64,000 nt of DNA from the NCBI GenBank assembly GCA_040767525.1, contig JAXGOJ010000009.1, positions 1,199 through 65,198 of the forward strand, in the 5' to 3' direction. The position numbers were made by a program, and so were the translations under genes. The notes under the pieces are model-generated. The model did no database searches. It saw only the letters and a program-made list of their open reading frames with translations, and was not told the DNA's origin. Below are positions 35,592 through 45,361 of the stretch, piece after piece; positions within the stretch are counted from its first letter, which is position 1, and the number at the start of each line of letters is the position of its first letter. The DNA comes from Bacillota bacterium (lineage in GTDB: Bacteria; Bacillota; Sulfobacillia; Fermentithermobacillales; Fermentithermobacillaceae).

Positions 35592-35619
35592 ATTCTACGA
35601 TGAATGCGTAATTTCCTGC
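35592..35619 (-). promoter_or_regulatory. SigH-type promoter for Opp system I
   Basis: GCAGGAAAT-N12-GTAGAAT matches RNAGGAWWW-N11/12-RNNGAAT. Confidence 0.6.
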
Positions 35620-35713
35620 ATTAACCCAAGAAAACACATTGCTGTATCACAAAATAACCAGGTAGAGTATGTTGTCCCGACAATTTTGAAGGCCCGGCTC
35701 TAGCCAAACCCCC

Positions 35714-36868
35714 TCAAAGGTTATGAATCTCTTTTATTGCCCTCGCGACTATTTCCATCTGCTCTTCAGTATTGAAAAAATTGATGCAAAACCGCACATT
35801 AGCAGGCCTGACTGTGGCGTATACCTTATGACTCTTTAGTATTGCCTGCACCTGATCCCGTGTTTCCTTACGGAAATTGGCCAGAATTATGCCGGAAAGA
35901 TGATCGCTCACCGGATACAGCCTTCGGGCGTGATCTCCCAGCACAGTATATAGATACTGCTGAAGCTCTCTTACACGGGCCTCGATATTGGCAATACCTA
36001 TTTCATTAATTAGCCCGGTAGAAGCGATAAGTGCGCATACACCGGCATGGTTGTGATTTCCGTTTTCAAAACGGCGGGCATCAGAATGCCAGTGGATGGT
36101 ATCGTCACAATATGGCGGATACGCCCTTGTGGGGCGCTCATAACTTTGATAACTGCCGTTTGGAGGAATGATCCTTTCTTCCAGCCCCTGACGGCAATAG
36201 ATAAAACCAACACCGTTTCGGGCCAGCATTCCCTTGTGCCCACCGCATGCCAGGAAGTCAATGTTCGTCTTTCTAACATTGATATTCATCCGCCCTATAG
36301 CCTGTATGCCGTCAACTATGAGCAAAATGCCCTTTTCCTTGCATATCTTCCCTATTTTCTCAAGATCAACAAACGAACCGTTAGAATACTGTACTGCAGA
36401 CACTGTAACTGCCTGAGTGTTTTCATCAATTGCGGCGATGATGTCGTCAGCTCTGACTCCAGCGGGAGGAGCATCTACCAGTTTGAGGTTAAGCCTTCCT
36501 TCATCCCGGCGGAGTAGCCAGGGAAACAAATTAGCAGGGTGCTCCTTATTGTATACCACTACGTTCTTGTGCTTGTCCCAGGGATAACCCATTGCGATAG
36601 CTCCTAAGCCGGTGGTTGTGTTATTTGACAAAGCTATCTCCCATGGGTCAGCCCCGATTAGTTTTGCGATGCCCTGCCTTGCCCTGGAATTCTCCTCGTC
36701 CCAGTTGCTCTCGGAACCGTAGCTTGAAATGAACTCTTCCATTTCATCAGCGTAAGCCTGTTGCACACACCTGGGAGGTACCGAGGTCAGGCCGCTATTA
36801 AGGTATACAACGTCTCGCAGGTGATCAAACTCTTCCTGTATTCGTTTTTCGGTTTTCGCACTAAACAT
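35714..36868 (-). CDS. PLP-dependent enzyme, aminotransferase class V
   Basis: VYLNSG, NTTTGL, EHPAN, VDGIQAIG, ACGGHKGML (PLP Lys), RRFENG. Confidence 0.9.
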   Translation of the reverse strand: MFSAKTEKRIQEEFDHLRDVVYLNSGLTSVPPRCVQQAYADEMEEFISSYGSESNWDEENSRARQGIAKLIGADPWEIALSNNTTTGLGAIAMGYPWDKHKNVVVYNKEHPANLFPWLLRRDEGRLNLKLVDAPPAGVRADDIIAAIDENTQAVTVSAVQYSNGSFVDLEKIGKICKEKGILLIVDGIQAIGRMNINVRKTNIDFLACGGHKGMLARNGVGFIYCRQGLEERIIPPNGSYQSYERPTRAYPPYCDDTIHWHSDARRFENGNHNHAGVCALIASTGLINEIGIANIEARVRELQQYLYTVLGDHARRLYPVSDHLSGIILANFRKETRDQVQAILKSHKVYATVRPANVRFCINFFNTEEQMEIVARAIKEIHNL

Positions 36869-36957
36869 GAAATCACCTCAATTTACATTGCTGAAGCACG
36901 TAATATTCCCTGTTGTCTGAACCAAAGTCTCCACATGTTGTTTCGGTGTTGGAAACA

Positions 36958-38187
36958 CTATTTTATCTCTCTCAGGCATACCTCAAGAGCCTCATCTGGA
37001 TCGCACAGGATGTCAGGGACAGTGCAATGCTCGGCATTGCTGCTTCCATCGGCGTTAAGGCCATTCTCTCCGGAGTAGCGGATGACCAACCCGCTTTGTG
37101 GCAGTACAGCGTGAAAAGGTGCAATGCCTATGCCGTCTCCGCCGGTGCGTTCGCCTACTACTGTGGCGTAACCGGTGGTCTTGCAGAACACGGCAAAAGC
37201 TTCACTGGATGAATACACCTTATTGCTGACCAGAAGCCAAACTTTCTCACAGCCGAAGTGATGCTCTGCATCAGGCTCAATAGTGTAGCCACGTTCAAGG
37301 AAATGAGTCAACTGATCCAAATCGTCCTTTTCAAAGTTAGGTAGATGGGGTAACCGGCTGATGGGTTTTACCTTGCCTTCCTCGTCCCCCAGTTCCTTGC
37401 ACTCATTATAACCACAGCGGATAAACTCCCTGTTTTCCTCGCTGACAGCCAGGGTTATGTAGTTGGCATTATGCATTTCTTTGCCGATAGTAGGAGCTAC
37501 CAGGAGCTTTTGCCAGTAGTCGGTAGCACCTCCACCGTTTTTACGGAAGTCCAGTATCAGGTGCTTGCAGCCCTTATGGCGACCGTAGAAGTCGAATACT
37601 ATCTCCCTGTCGCCGGCCAAACGCAGCATGTTCAAAGTTTTGACTTCTATCAGTGCCACATCATCAGACAGCATTGAGCACAGCACATTGACATCCTTCT
37701 CGTTGTCGCCGAAAACCGGGCTGGCCCCCTCAACCAGTTTTTCCGGAGCCTGGCCCTTCCAATAAAACTTACCGTCAGCTGCGGTGTCGTCAAAACGGGA
37801 GTAGAAACACTCGCTTACCTCTTGATTAACCGCGTCCAACCAGGGCTGGAACTCAGCTGGGTTGAACTTCTCCCAAGCCCCCATGCTGAAGGCCTTGTAG
37901 GTTTTCTGATAATCTCTGAACCGGGCAGGCTCAAACAAGCGAATGTGGGCGAAGAAACGATCAGTGCCCCTATCTTTGAAATCCTCGAAAACGCCAGCCA
38001 TAGCACGGCAAAACCCCAGGTCGTCCAGGGTGTTAACCACGCGTTCTTTGTGTCTGGCGTAAATTTCGTTCCAATCATAGCCCAGACGCCTCATAATACC
38101 CCGTACCGGAAAGGAGCTGTTGAGCACCTTCCACATATATTCATAATCGGCCAGCTTCTGCTGACCGGTAAGCTGCGTATGGTTCAT
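36958..38187 (-). CDS. S41 family peptidase, no signal peptide seen
   Basis: ILDFRKNGGG, VYSSSEAF (nucleophile Ser), VVGERTGGDG, TVPD. Confidence 0.88.
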   Translation of the reverse strand: MNHTQLTGQQKLADYEYMWKVLNSSFPVRGIMRRLGYDWNEIYARHKERVVNTLDDLGFCRAMAGVFEDFKDRGTDRFFAHIRLFEPARFRDYQKTYKAFSMGAWEKFNPAEFQPWLDAVNQEVSECFYSRFDDTAADGKFYWKGQAPEKLVEGASPVFGDNEKDVNVLCSMLSDDVALIEVKTLNMLRLAGDREIVFDFYGRHKGCKHLILDFRKNGGGATDYWQKLLVAPTIGKEMHNANYITLAVSEENREFIRCGYNECKELGDEEGKVKPISRLPHLPNFEKDDLDQLTHFLERGYTIEPDAEHHFGCEKVWLLVSNKVYSSSEAFAVFCKTTGYATVVGERTGGDGIGIAPFHAVLPQSGLVIRYSGENGLNADGSSNAEHCTVPDILCDPDEALEVCLREIK

Positions 38188-38235
38188 GCGGTTTATCCTC
38201 CGTCTCCAGATTCGAGTCTCTCTTTTGTGTGCTTC

Positions 38236-40152
38236 TTACTTTACATATTTATCCAACCACGCAATGACCTCATCATCATTGATACGCTGCTGTCTGGGAG
38301 TCATCACCGAGTGGCTGGCGTTGTGGAACAACACCATACGGGTAGGGATACCCCTTTCGATAAGAGCAGTCACCATCTGCTCGGCCTGTTCCACAGGACA
38401 GCGGAAGTCCTTGCCGTTTTGCAAAAACAGCGTGGGGGTGCTGAAACTGTCTGCGTATTTCAAGGGCGAATGCCACCAGAGTTTATCGATGTTTCGCCAC
38501 GGTGTGGCCATCTGCCCCCACTCGACAAAGTAGGATAGGTCGCTGCAACCGTACATTGATATCCAGTTAGATATGGAGCGTTGTGATATTGCCCCTTTGA
38601 AGCGGCCTGTATGGCCGATTATCCAATTGGTCATGTATCCGCCGTAGCTTCCCCCGGTAACCCCCAGACGGTGGCTGTCAATGTCGGGATACTGTCTTAC
38701 CACATGGTCAGTAAATGCCATCAGGTCGTCAAAGTCAATAGTACCAAATTTCCCCTCGAGGTCCATGAATACCCTTCCATAGTCAGTAGAACCCCGGGGG
38801 TTGCAAAACAACACAAAATATCCCTCAGCGGCGTAGCGCTGCATTGTTGGGTAAAGAAGAGAGGAGTAGGCAGACTGAGGGCCACCGTGTATGGACAGCA
38901 CAGCAGGATACTTTTTCCCGGGCTGATACCCGTGGGGAGGTAGAACCCATCCATATATGGTATAGCCGTCACTGTTGACAAAACTAACCGGCTGCGAGGG
39001 GCTTAATCCGTATTTTTCAGCCAGGCCTGCCGAAATCCGGGTGACAGCCCTGGAAGAATCCCCGCAAAGTCTGACCAGCTGCCGGGTTTCCAAGGGGCGG
39101 CGGCCAGTATAGAACACACAGTCCCCGGCCTTTTCCAAGGGCCCCTCGATTACGTATTCGGGGGAGCACAAAAACTCAAGCCGGCCTCCCGGGACCCATG
39201 TGTAAATTTCGGTCCTGCCATGTTTTCGAAACACCAGCCACATACAATCATCCATGGCAGCTATACCTATCAGGTGTTCGTCAGGTGATAAATCCACACG
39301 AAAATCACCTCCGTGAGGACTAACCGACATAAGGTCCATACCGTAGAAACTATCCTTCAGGTCACATCCACGAAAGTACACTCTGCCTCCGTATTCCACA
39401 CAATCCATCAACATGTATTTATCGTTTTTGAACAGCAAGATAGTCTTGCCGCTTTCAATGTCATAGGCGTAGGCATCGCCTGCCCGGGAAGTCTGGCCGG
39501 CCACTTCTTCACCCCAGAAATAGACTTGCCTCTTGTCCCGTGATAAAATGGGCACTACCCGGGAGTTCATTATCTGATTGGCTTGAAACAGCGGCTTTGT
39601 CACCGGAACAAGTTGTCCATCAGACATGTTGTATATGTAAATCCTTGACCGTTTCTTGTTTACATAGCCCCTGCCGTCAGCATGATACGGATACTCATCA
39701 TACACCTCATAAAGCTCTTGGTTGCCGTCTTGATCTGAAGAATTGTCGAATGTACCGTAGACCATCCATCTGTCCCGGTCTATCCTCTTGGCCTGGGCAT
39801 CGGCCACAGGTACCCGGAAGAGTTCCCTTGCCTCGCCACCGGTTATGTCCAGGGCATAGAAAACAGTAAGTGGTTTCTTATTATCAAACTGCTTCTTATC
39901 CTTTTCATCACGCAGATCGGAAAATACCACATTGTGATCGTCCATCCACAAGGCCCGGCCTTCATTTCCCGAGTATGTCAGCTGACGATTTGCGCCGCTT
40001 TCCACGTTATGCACCCAAAGATACGAGACATTCTTGTCCTCCTCCAGACATTGGCCGGCTACCCCAAAAATGATGTTCTTACCATTGGGAGAGATCGCGG
40101 CATCACAGGCGTTTTGGATTTCATTAAAAGCTTCGTTAGTGAACTTCTCCAT
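38236..40152 (-). CDS. S9 family peptidase (acylaminoacyl/dipeptidyl peptidase-like)
   Basis: IHGGP, NPRGS, TGGSYGG, KDFRC, ASHS triad; propeller-like N-domain. Confidence 0.93.
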   Translation of the reverse strand: MEKFTNEAFNEIQNACDAAISPNGKNIIFGVAGQCLEEDKNVSYLWVHNVESGANRQLTYSGNEGRALWMDDHNVVFSDLRDEKDKKQFDNKKPLTVFYALDITGGEARELFRVPVADAQAKRIDRDRWMVYGTFDNSSDQDGNQELYEVYDEYPYHADGRGYVNKKRSRIYIYNMSDGQLVPVTKPLFQANQIMNSRVVPILSRDKRQVYFWGEEVAGQTSRAGDAYAYDIESGKTILLFKNDKYMLMDCVEYGGRVYFRGCDLKDSFYGMDLMSVSPHGGDFRVDLSPDEHLIGIAAMDDCMWLVFRKHGRTEIYTWVPGGRLEFLCSPEYVIEGPLEKAGDCVFYTGRRPLETRQLVRLCGDSSRAVTRISAGLAEKYGLSPSQPVSFVNSDGYTIYGWVLPPHGYQPGKKYPAVLSIHGGPQSAYSSLLYPTMQRYAAEGYFVLFCNPRGSTDYGRVFMDLEGKFGTIDFDDLMAFTDHVVRQYPDIDSHRLGVTGGSYGGYMTNWIIGHTGRFKGAISQRSISNWISMYGCSDLSYFVEWGQMATPWRNIDKLWWHSPLKYADSFSTPTLFLQNGKDFRCPVEQAEQMVTALIERGIPTRMVLFHNASHSVMTPRQQRINDDEVIAWLDKYVK

Positions 40153-40167
40153 GGGTTATCTCCTTTC

Positions 40168-41250
40168 TTAAAGTACCAACAGTTCTTTCGGGGCATGGGT
40201 CAGGTTTTCAACCGCGTCACAGCCAACATACAACATATCTTCAATACGTACCCCCATCTTTCCAGGAATATAGATACCCGGCTCTATAGTGACCACGGCT
40301 CCCTGATTTAGCGGGATGTGAGCACCCACTTCCAAATAAGGGGCCTCTGCAACAGAAAGGCCCAGGCCGTGGCCAAGCAAATGGAGAAATTGCCCTTTGT
40401 ATTTTGTGCTCTCGATGTAGTCCCGGGCAGCAGCATCTATGTCATGACATGTAGCCCCTGCCCTGGCCGCGGCTATACCCAAACGTTGTGCCTGCAGTAC
40501 AGTTTCATATACTTCCCACATGTCGTCAGTGGCATGCCCCACAGCAAGAGTGCGCGTCATGTCAGAGTAGTAACCATTCTTAACTACGCCAAAATCCAGC
40601 ATAAGAAAGTCACCGGCTTTTATCACCCTGTCTCCGGTAACGCCGTGTGGCATACTTGAGTTTGGCCCAGACAAACTGAAAACCGGAAATGATAGATTGT
40701 CAGCCCCACGCCGGTACATAGCAAAAGTTAGCTCGTTGGCCACCTGCCGCTCGGTCACACCAGGGCGTATGAAGCTTAGAATGTCCTCAAAAGCGGCTTC
40801 GGCGATTCTCTGTGCCGCCAGAATGGCGTCAGCCTCTTGCCGGGATTTGATTTGCCTCCAACTTTCCACAATACCGCCAGCAGGCTTTAGCTCGGGGGTA
40901 AGGGCTTTTTTCAAGCTGCTATACATTGCCACTGAAGTGATGTCGTCTTCAAAACCCAATGTCTTTATGCCTGCATCACGACACAGGCTGTTGATCTGCA
41001 TATTGTATTCACTGTCATGAGCAATCCCAATCATACGGTAACCGTGACTGGCAGCATACCTGCCGGCTACCTCAGTATACCGGCCGTCTATCATAAGCCA
41101 TGCGCTTCCGGTCTTGTGGACGATTAGCACTCCGCCGGAAGATGAAAAGCCGCACAAATAACGGCGGTTTGGGCGAGAATTGGTATGAATCATCATGGCA
41201 TCCAGGCCACGCCGTTTTACTTCTTTGCTCAGTTTTTGAATGTTGCTCAT
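40168..41250 (-). CDS. M24 family Xaa-Pro peptidase-like protein
   Basis: DGRY, PHG, DFG, YSDMTRT, HLLGHGLG, TIEPG, RIED. Confidence 0.92.
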   Translation of the reverse strand: MSNIQKLSKEVKRRGLDAMMIHTNSRPNRRYLCGFSSSGGVLIVHKTGSAWLMIDGRYTEVAGRYAASHGYRMIGIAHDSEYNMQINSLCRDAGIKTLGFEDDITSVAMYSSLKKALTPELKPAGGIVESWRQIKSRQEADAILAAQRIAEAAFEDILSFIRPGVTERQVANELTFAMYRRGADNLSFPVFSLSGPNSSMPHGVTGDRVIKAGDFLMLDFGVVKNGYYSDMTRTLAVGHATDDMWEVYETVLQAQRLGIAAARAGATCHDIDAAARDYIESTKYKGQFLHLLGHGLGLSVAEAPYLEVGAHIPLNQGAVVTIEPGIYIPGKMGVRIEDMLYVGCDAVENLTHAPKELLVL

Positions 41251-41317
41251 TGTTTCTCCTCCCGATTAACATAAAGGTAGCAATAACCGGACCTCTTACC
41301 ATGCCGCCGGCCAACAG

Positions 41318-42289
41318 CTAATGCAAATGGCAAGCGACAAAATGATCGTTGCCTACATCTTTGAACTGGGGCTGCACCTTCTTGCATACATCCATACAGT
41401 AGGAACAGCGACCGTGGAAACGGCACCCTTTCGGAGGGCTTATGGGGCTGGGCAGGTCTCCCGGAAGTATGGTACGCTGTTTCTTCCTGCCTGGCTTGGG
41501 TACCGGCATTGCAGAAAATAACGCCCTTGTATAAGGGTGCAGTTGATTGTAGTATAGCTCACGCTCATCGGCCAGCTCCACTATTTTGCCAAGATACATA
41601 ACTCCAATACGATCAGAAACATGTCTCACAACGCTAAGGTCGTGGGAAATGAACAGGTATGTCAATTCCAAATCCCGCTTTAAATCGCTGAGCAAGTTAA
41701 GAACCTGCGACTGCACAGACATATCCAACGCCGAAACCGGCTCATCACATACAACAAAGCCCGGATTAACAGTAAGAGCTCTGGCGATAGCTATGCGCTG
41801 TCTCTGCCCACCGGAAAACTCATGAGGATAGCGATGGGCATGAAAGGGGCGCAGGCCAACCATCTTCAGCAGTTCTTTCACCCGATCTTCACTTTCTTTC
41901 TTGGTGCAAAGATTGTGGTACAGCAAGGGCTCCTGCAATATGGCTCCCACCGACATTCGCACATTAAGGGAGCCGTAGGGATCCTGGAATACTATCTGCA
42001 TGCGCGTTCGTACACGGCGCATTTCTTGCCTGGAAAGATCATCAAGGTCCTTTCCTTCAAAGATTACCTTTCCACTGGTTGGCTTTATCAGGTGAAGCAT
42101 TGTTTTGCCCAGGGTTGTCTTACCGCAGCCCGACTCCCCCACAAGGCCAAAAGTCTCACCTTTCCGGATGGATAGGCTCACATCATCCACAGCCTTAAGA
42201 ATGGCCTTACTATCAGACATTATGCCATCGCTTATGGTGAAATACTGACAAAGGTTCTTAACCTCCATGGTATTTGCAGCATTATTCAA
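41318..42289 (-). CDS. Oligopeptide ABC ATPase (OppF-like), system II
   Basis: [31 protein letters not shown]. Confidence 0.95.
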   Translation of the reverse strand: MNNAANTMEVKNLCQYFTISDGIMSDSKAILKAVDDVSLSIRKGETFGLVGESGCGKTTLGKTMLHLIKPTSGKVIFEGKDLDDLSRQEMRRVRTRMQIVFQDPYGSLNVRMSVGAILQEPLLYHNLCTKKESEDRVKELLKMVGLRPFHAHRYPHEFSGGQRQRIAIARALTVNPGFVVCDEPVSALDMSVQSQVLNLLSDLKRDLELTYLFISHDLSVVRHVSDRIGVMYLGKIVELADERELYYNQLHPYTRALFSAMPVPKPGRKKQRTILPGDLPSPISPPKGCRFHGRCSYCMDVCKKVQPQFKDVGNDHFVACHLH

Positions 42290-43280
42290 TGGTTTGCCCC
42301 CCCTCGCCGATCAACGGATAGTGGCAGCGCACACAATGCCCGCCTTCAAGTTCAAGCAGCCCGGGCTGCTCTTTTACACATCTTTCCTGGACGTGGGGGC
42401 ACCTGGGACTGAAACGGCACCCCTTGGGGAAAAACATGGGAGAGGGCACCACGCCATGTATCACGTTAAGACGCTCTACCTTCTCATCTACCGAAGGGAT
42501 GGAGCTGAGCAGGCCGTAAGTGTAAGGATGCCGGGGCCTGTTGAAAATCTTCTCGGTATCGGTGCTTTCTACTATTTGACCGGCATACATGACCATGACC
42601 CTATCGGCCACTTCCGCCACAATGCCAAGATTATGGGTTATCAGCAGCATTGCCATGTTTCTTTCTTTTTGTAAATCACCAATGAGTTCCAATATTTGCG
42701 CTTGAATTGTCACATCCAGTGCGGTGGTCGGCTCATCGGCAATAAGCAACCTTGGGTTACAAGCCAAAGCCATGGCTATCATAACCCGCTGGCGCATACC
42801 CCCGGACATATGATGAGGATAGTCCTTAACCCGTTTTTCAGCATCAGCAATACCCACTTTCTTCATCATCTTTCCAGCATACTCCGTAGCATGTCTTTCA
42901 TCGAGGCCAAGGTGCAGCCGAGCAACCTCGGCAATCTGAAAGCCAACAGTCAATACAGGGTTAAGGCTGGTCATAGGCTCCTGAAATATCATTGATATCT
43001 CGTTGCCCCGGACCTTCCTCATATCCTCATCTTCCAGCGAAAGCAGATCGGTTTTACCAAAAGTTATGGCATTTGCCTTTATCTCTGCCGGAGGGATTGG
43101 CAAAAGTCGCAGCACTGATAAGGCGGTAACGCTCTTACCCGAACCGGACTCACCAACCAGAGCAACTGATTCCCCCTCTTTTATATCGAAACTAACACCG
43201 GTTACAGCGGGAACAAACCCATCTGCGGTCTTGAAACCGGTGTGAAGATCGTCCAAATGAAGCAATACTTTGTCGCTCAT
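42282..43280 (-). CDS. Oligopeptide ABC ATPase (OppD-like), system II
   Basis: [36 protein letters not shown]. Confidence 0.95.
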   Translation of the reverse strand: MSDKVLLHLDDLHTGFKTADGFVPAVTGVSFDIKEGESVALVGESGSGKSVTALSVLRLLPIPPAEIKANAITFGKTDLLSLEDEDMRKVRGNEISMIFQEPMTSLNPVLTVGFQIAEVARLHLGLDERHATEYAGKMMKKVGIADAEKRVKDYPHHMSGGMRQRVMIAMALACNPRLLIADEPTTALDVTIQAQILELIGDLQKERNMAMLLITHNLGIVAEVADRVMVMYAGQIVESTDTEKIFNRPRHPYTYGLLSSIPSVDEKVERLNVIHGVVPSPMFFPKGCRFSPRCPHVQERCVKEQPGLLELEGGHCVRCHYPLIGEGGQTIE

Positions 43281-43292
43281 GCCAGTACCTCC

Positions 43293-44219
43293 TTAACCCC
43301 TGGTCACGCGAGGATCCAACGCATCCCGCAGACCGTCACCGACAAAGTTCAGCGAAAGGGCAACGATAAGTATCAGTATTCCGGGGATAATGGCCATCCT
43401 GGGACTTGTGCGCAAGAATTTCTGACCTACTTTCAGCATTGCCCCCCAACTGGGTATTGGCTCTTGAACGCCCATACCTAAATAAGACAGGGATGATTCT
43501 GTCATTATTGCACCGGCTACCCCCATGGTACCGCTGACGATGACAGGGACAAGGGCGTTTGGCAATATGTGACGAAAAATCACCTTTACGTCACTGTATC
43601 CCAGAGCAAAGGCTGCCTGGACAAATTCCTGCTGACGGAGGGATAAAAACTGCGCCCTCACTTGACGGCAAATTCCCATCCAGCCAAAGATTCCAATTAT
43701 TATCATCACGTTGTAAATACTGGAAGTGACCATGGCATTAACGGTCAGTATAAGAAAAAACGTGGGGATGCATCTCAGAAACTCTGTAAACCGCATTATT
43801 ATCATGTCAACCATACCGCCGTAATATCCGGCAACGCACCCCAAGGGAATGCCGATTAACATAGATATACCCACTGAAACGAGGCCAACAGACAGGGAGA
43901 TCCGTCCACCGTAGATACAACGGGTAAGATAGTCACGGCCAAACTGATCCGTACCAAACAAGTACTTCCGGCTGAATGATAAAGGCTTTCCATCAGGCAC
44001 ATCTTCAAGATGCAGCTCATCAAATGGATAAGGGCAGATGTAAGGGGCAAATACTGCCATTAGTATCAGCACTATAAGTACCGTTGCGCCTCCCATGGCC
44101 AACTTGTGCTTTTTGAACCGTTTCCAAACAAGCATCCAAAAACTCTCGATTCTGCTGGAAAAAAAAGAATCCTCAATATCCTCAGGAACTATCGTCAATG
44201 CTCTGCCATCTTCGGTCAT
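43293..44219 (-). CDS. Oligopeptide ABC permease (OppC-like), system II
   Basis: [29 protein letters not shown]. Confidence 0.95.
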   Translation of the reverse strand: MTEDGRALTIVPEDIEDSFFSSRIESFWMLVWKRFKKHKLAMGGATVLIVLILMAVFAPYICPYPFDELHLEDVPDGKPLSFSRKYLFGTDQFGRDYLTRCIYGGRISLSVGLVSVGISMLIGIPLGCVAGYYGGMVDMIIMRFTEFLRCIPTFFLILTVNAMVTSSIYNVMIIIGIFGWMGICRQVRAQFLSLRQQEFVQAAFALGYSDVKVIFRHILPNALVPVIVSGTMGVAGAIMTESSLSYLGMGVQEPIPSWGAMLKVGQKFLRTSPRMAIIPGILILIVALSLNFVGDGLRDALDPRVTRG

Positions 44220-44238
44220 AGTACCTTCCCTCCTCTGC

Positions 44239-45210
44239 CTACGAATACTTGATGCGCGGGTCAACTAACACGTACAAAAGATCCGAAATCAATATGCCAA
44301 CCATAACCAATATGGAGGAAAAGAAGGTAACAGCCATAACCGCAGGATAATCTCTAGCCAGTATTGCCTGTGTGCCGTATCGCCCCAATCCGGGAAAGCC
44401 GAATACGTTCTCTATGACAAAAGAACCACCGATAAGGGTGGGCAGTGACCCGCCTAGCATAGTTACAATAGGTATGGCCGCGTTTCTGAATGCATGGGTC
44501 CAGGTTATGGTGCTTTCGTCAAGGCCCTTGCTGCGGGCTGTACGTATGTAATCCTGGTTCATAACTTCGAGGTAGCTGGAACGTTGATAACGCATCCACG
44601 AGCCCATGCCTCGCAAAGACAGGGCCACCACCGGCATTATCAGATGTTTTATTCTGTCCCATAGCATCAAATGCCATGGCCCGCTGATGCCTGCAGTGAC
44701 TAAACCCATGGATGGGAGCCACCCCAACGTAAGAGTGAACAGCAGAATCAGCATCATTGCAAACCAGAAGTTTGGAACGGACATGCCGGTAAAGGCAAAT
44801 ACCGACAAAACATAGTCAGACAGCTTGTACTGATTCTTGGCGCAATACACTCCAAGGCCTATTCCGGCAATTACTTCGATTGTAAGTGACAAGAAAGCCA
44901 AGACAGGGTAGGTACCCCAGAGGCTCCTTATCTCTTTTATTACAGGCTGCTTGCTTATGTAAGAATAACCGAAGTTTCCGGTAAGGACTTCTCTGAGCCA
45001 CTTTATGTACCGAACGTGCACTGGTTGGTTAAGGCCAAGCTTTTCGCGTATCATTTCAATCGCGTTAGGATCAATGTTCATCATCTCAGGATCCACATAC
45101 ATTGCAGCAGCATCGCCTGGTGCCAGGTTCATGATAATATACGACACTATGGTTATTCCCAGAAGCATCGGTATCATCAAGAGCAGGCGCTTCAAGATAT
45201 ATTTCCTCAT
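44239..45210 (-). CDS. Oligopeptide ABC permease (OppB-like), system II
   Basis: APGD, GNFGYS, DYIRTARSKGL, VDPRI. Confidence 0.95.
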   Translation of the reverse strand: MRKYILKRLLLMIPMLLGITIVSYIIMNLAPGDAAAMYVDPEMMNIDPNAIEMIREKLGLNQPVHVRYIKWLREVLTGNFGYSYISKQPVIKEIRSLWGTYPVLAFLSLTIEVIAGIGLGVYCAKNQYKLSDYVLSVFAFTGMSVPNFWFAMMLILLFTLTLGWLPSMGLVTAGISGPWHLMLWDRIKHLIMPVVALSLRGMGSWMRYQRSSYLEVMNQDYIRTARSKGLDESTITWTHAFRNAAIPIVTMLGGSLPTLIGGSFVIENVFGFPGLGRYGTQAILARDYPAVMAVTFFSSILVMVGILISDLLYVLVDPRIKYS

Positions 45211-45320
45211 TTCACCATTCCCCTCTGTATGTCATGTGTTTTTAAGCAAATGACAGGTATGATTGCAATGATTCCATAACCGGTCCCAGCAAAATAAGTG
45301 GCCTTCAAATTAGAATTGCA

Positions 45321-45343
45321 GGAGAGGGGCATTGCCCCTCTCC
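45321..45343. terminator. Stem-loop between oppA-II and oppB-II
   Basis: GGAGAGGGGC-ATT-GCCCCTCTCC perfect inverted repeat. Confidence 0.65.
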
Positions 45344-45361
45344 TTTACACAAAAAAACAGC

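Noticed and set aside
35577-35597. CodY box near the SigH-type promoter
   Set aside because: Four mismatches to AATTTTCWGAAAATT; not distinguishable from chance
31440-43280. Cys-rich C-termini of the Opp ATPases as unusual
   Set aside because: Known Fe-S-binding feature of OppD/OppF-type ATPases
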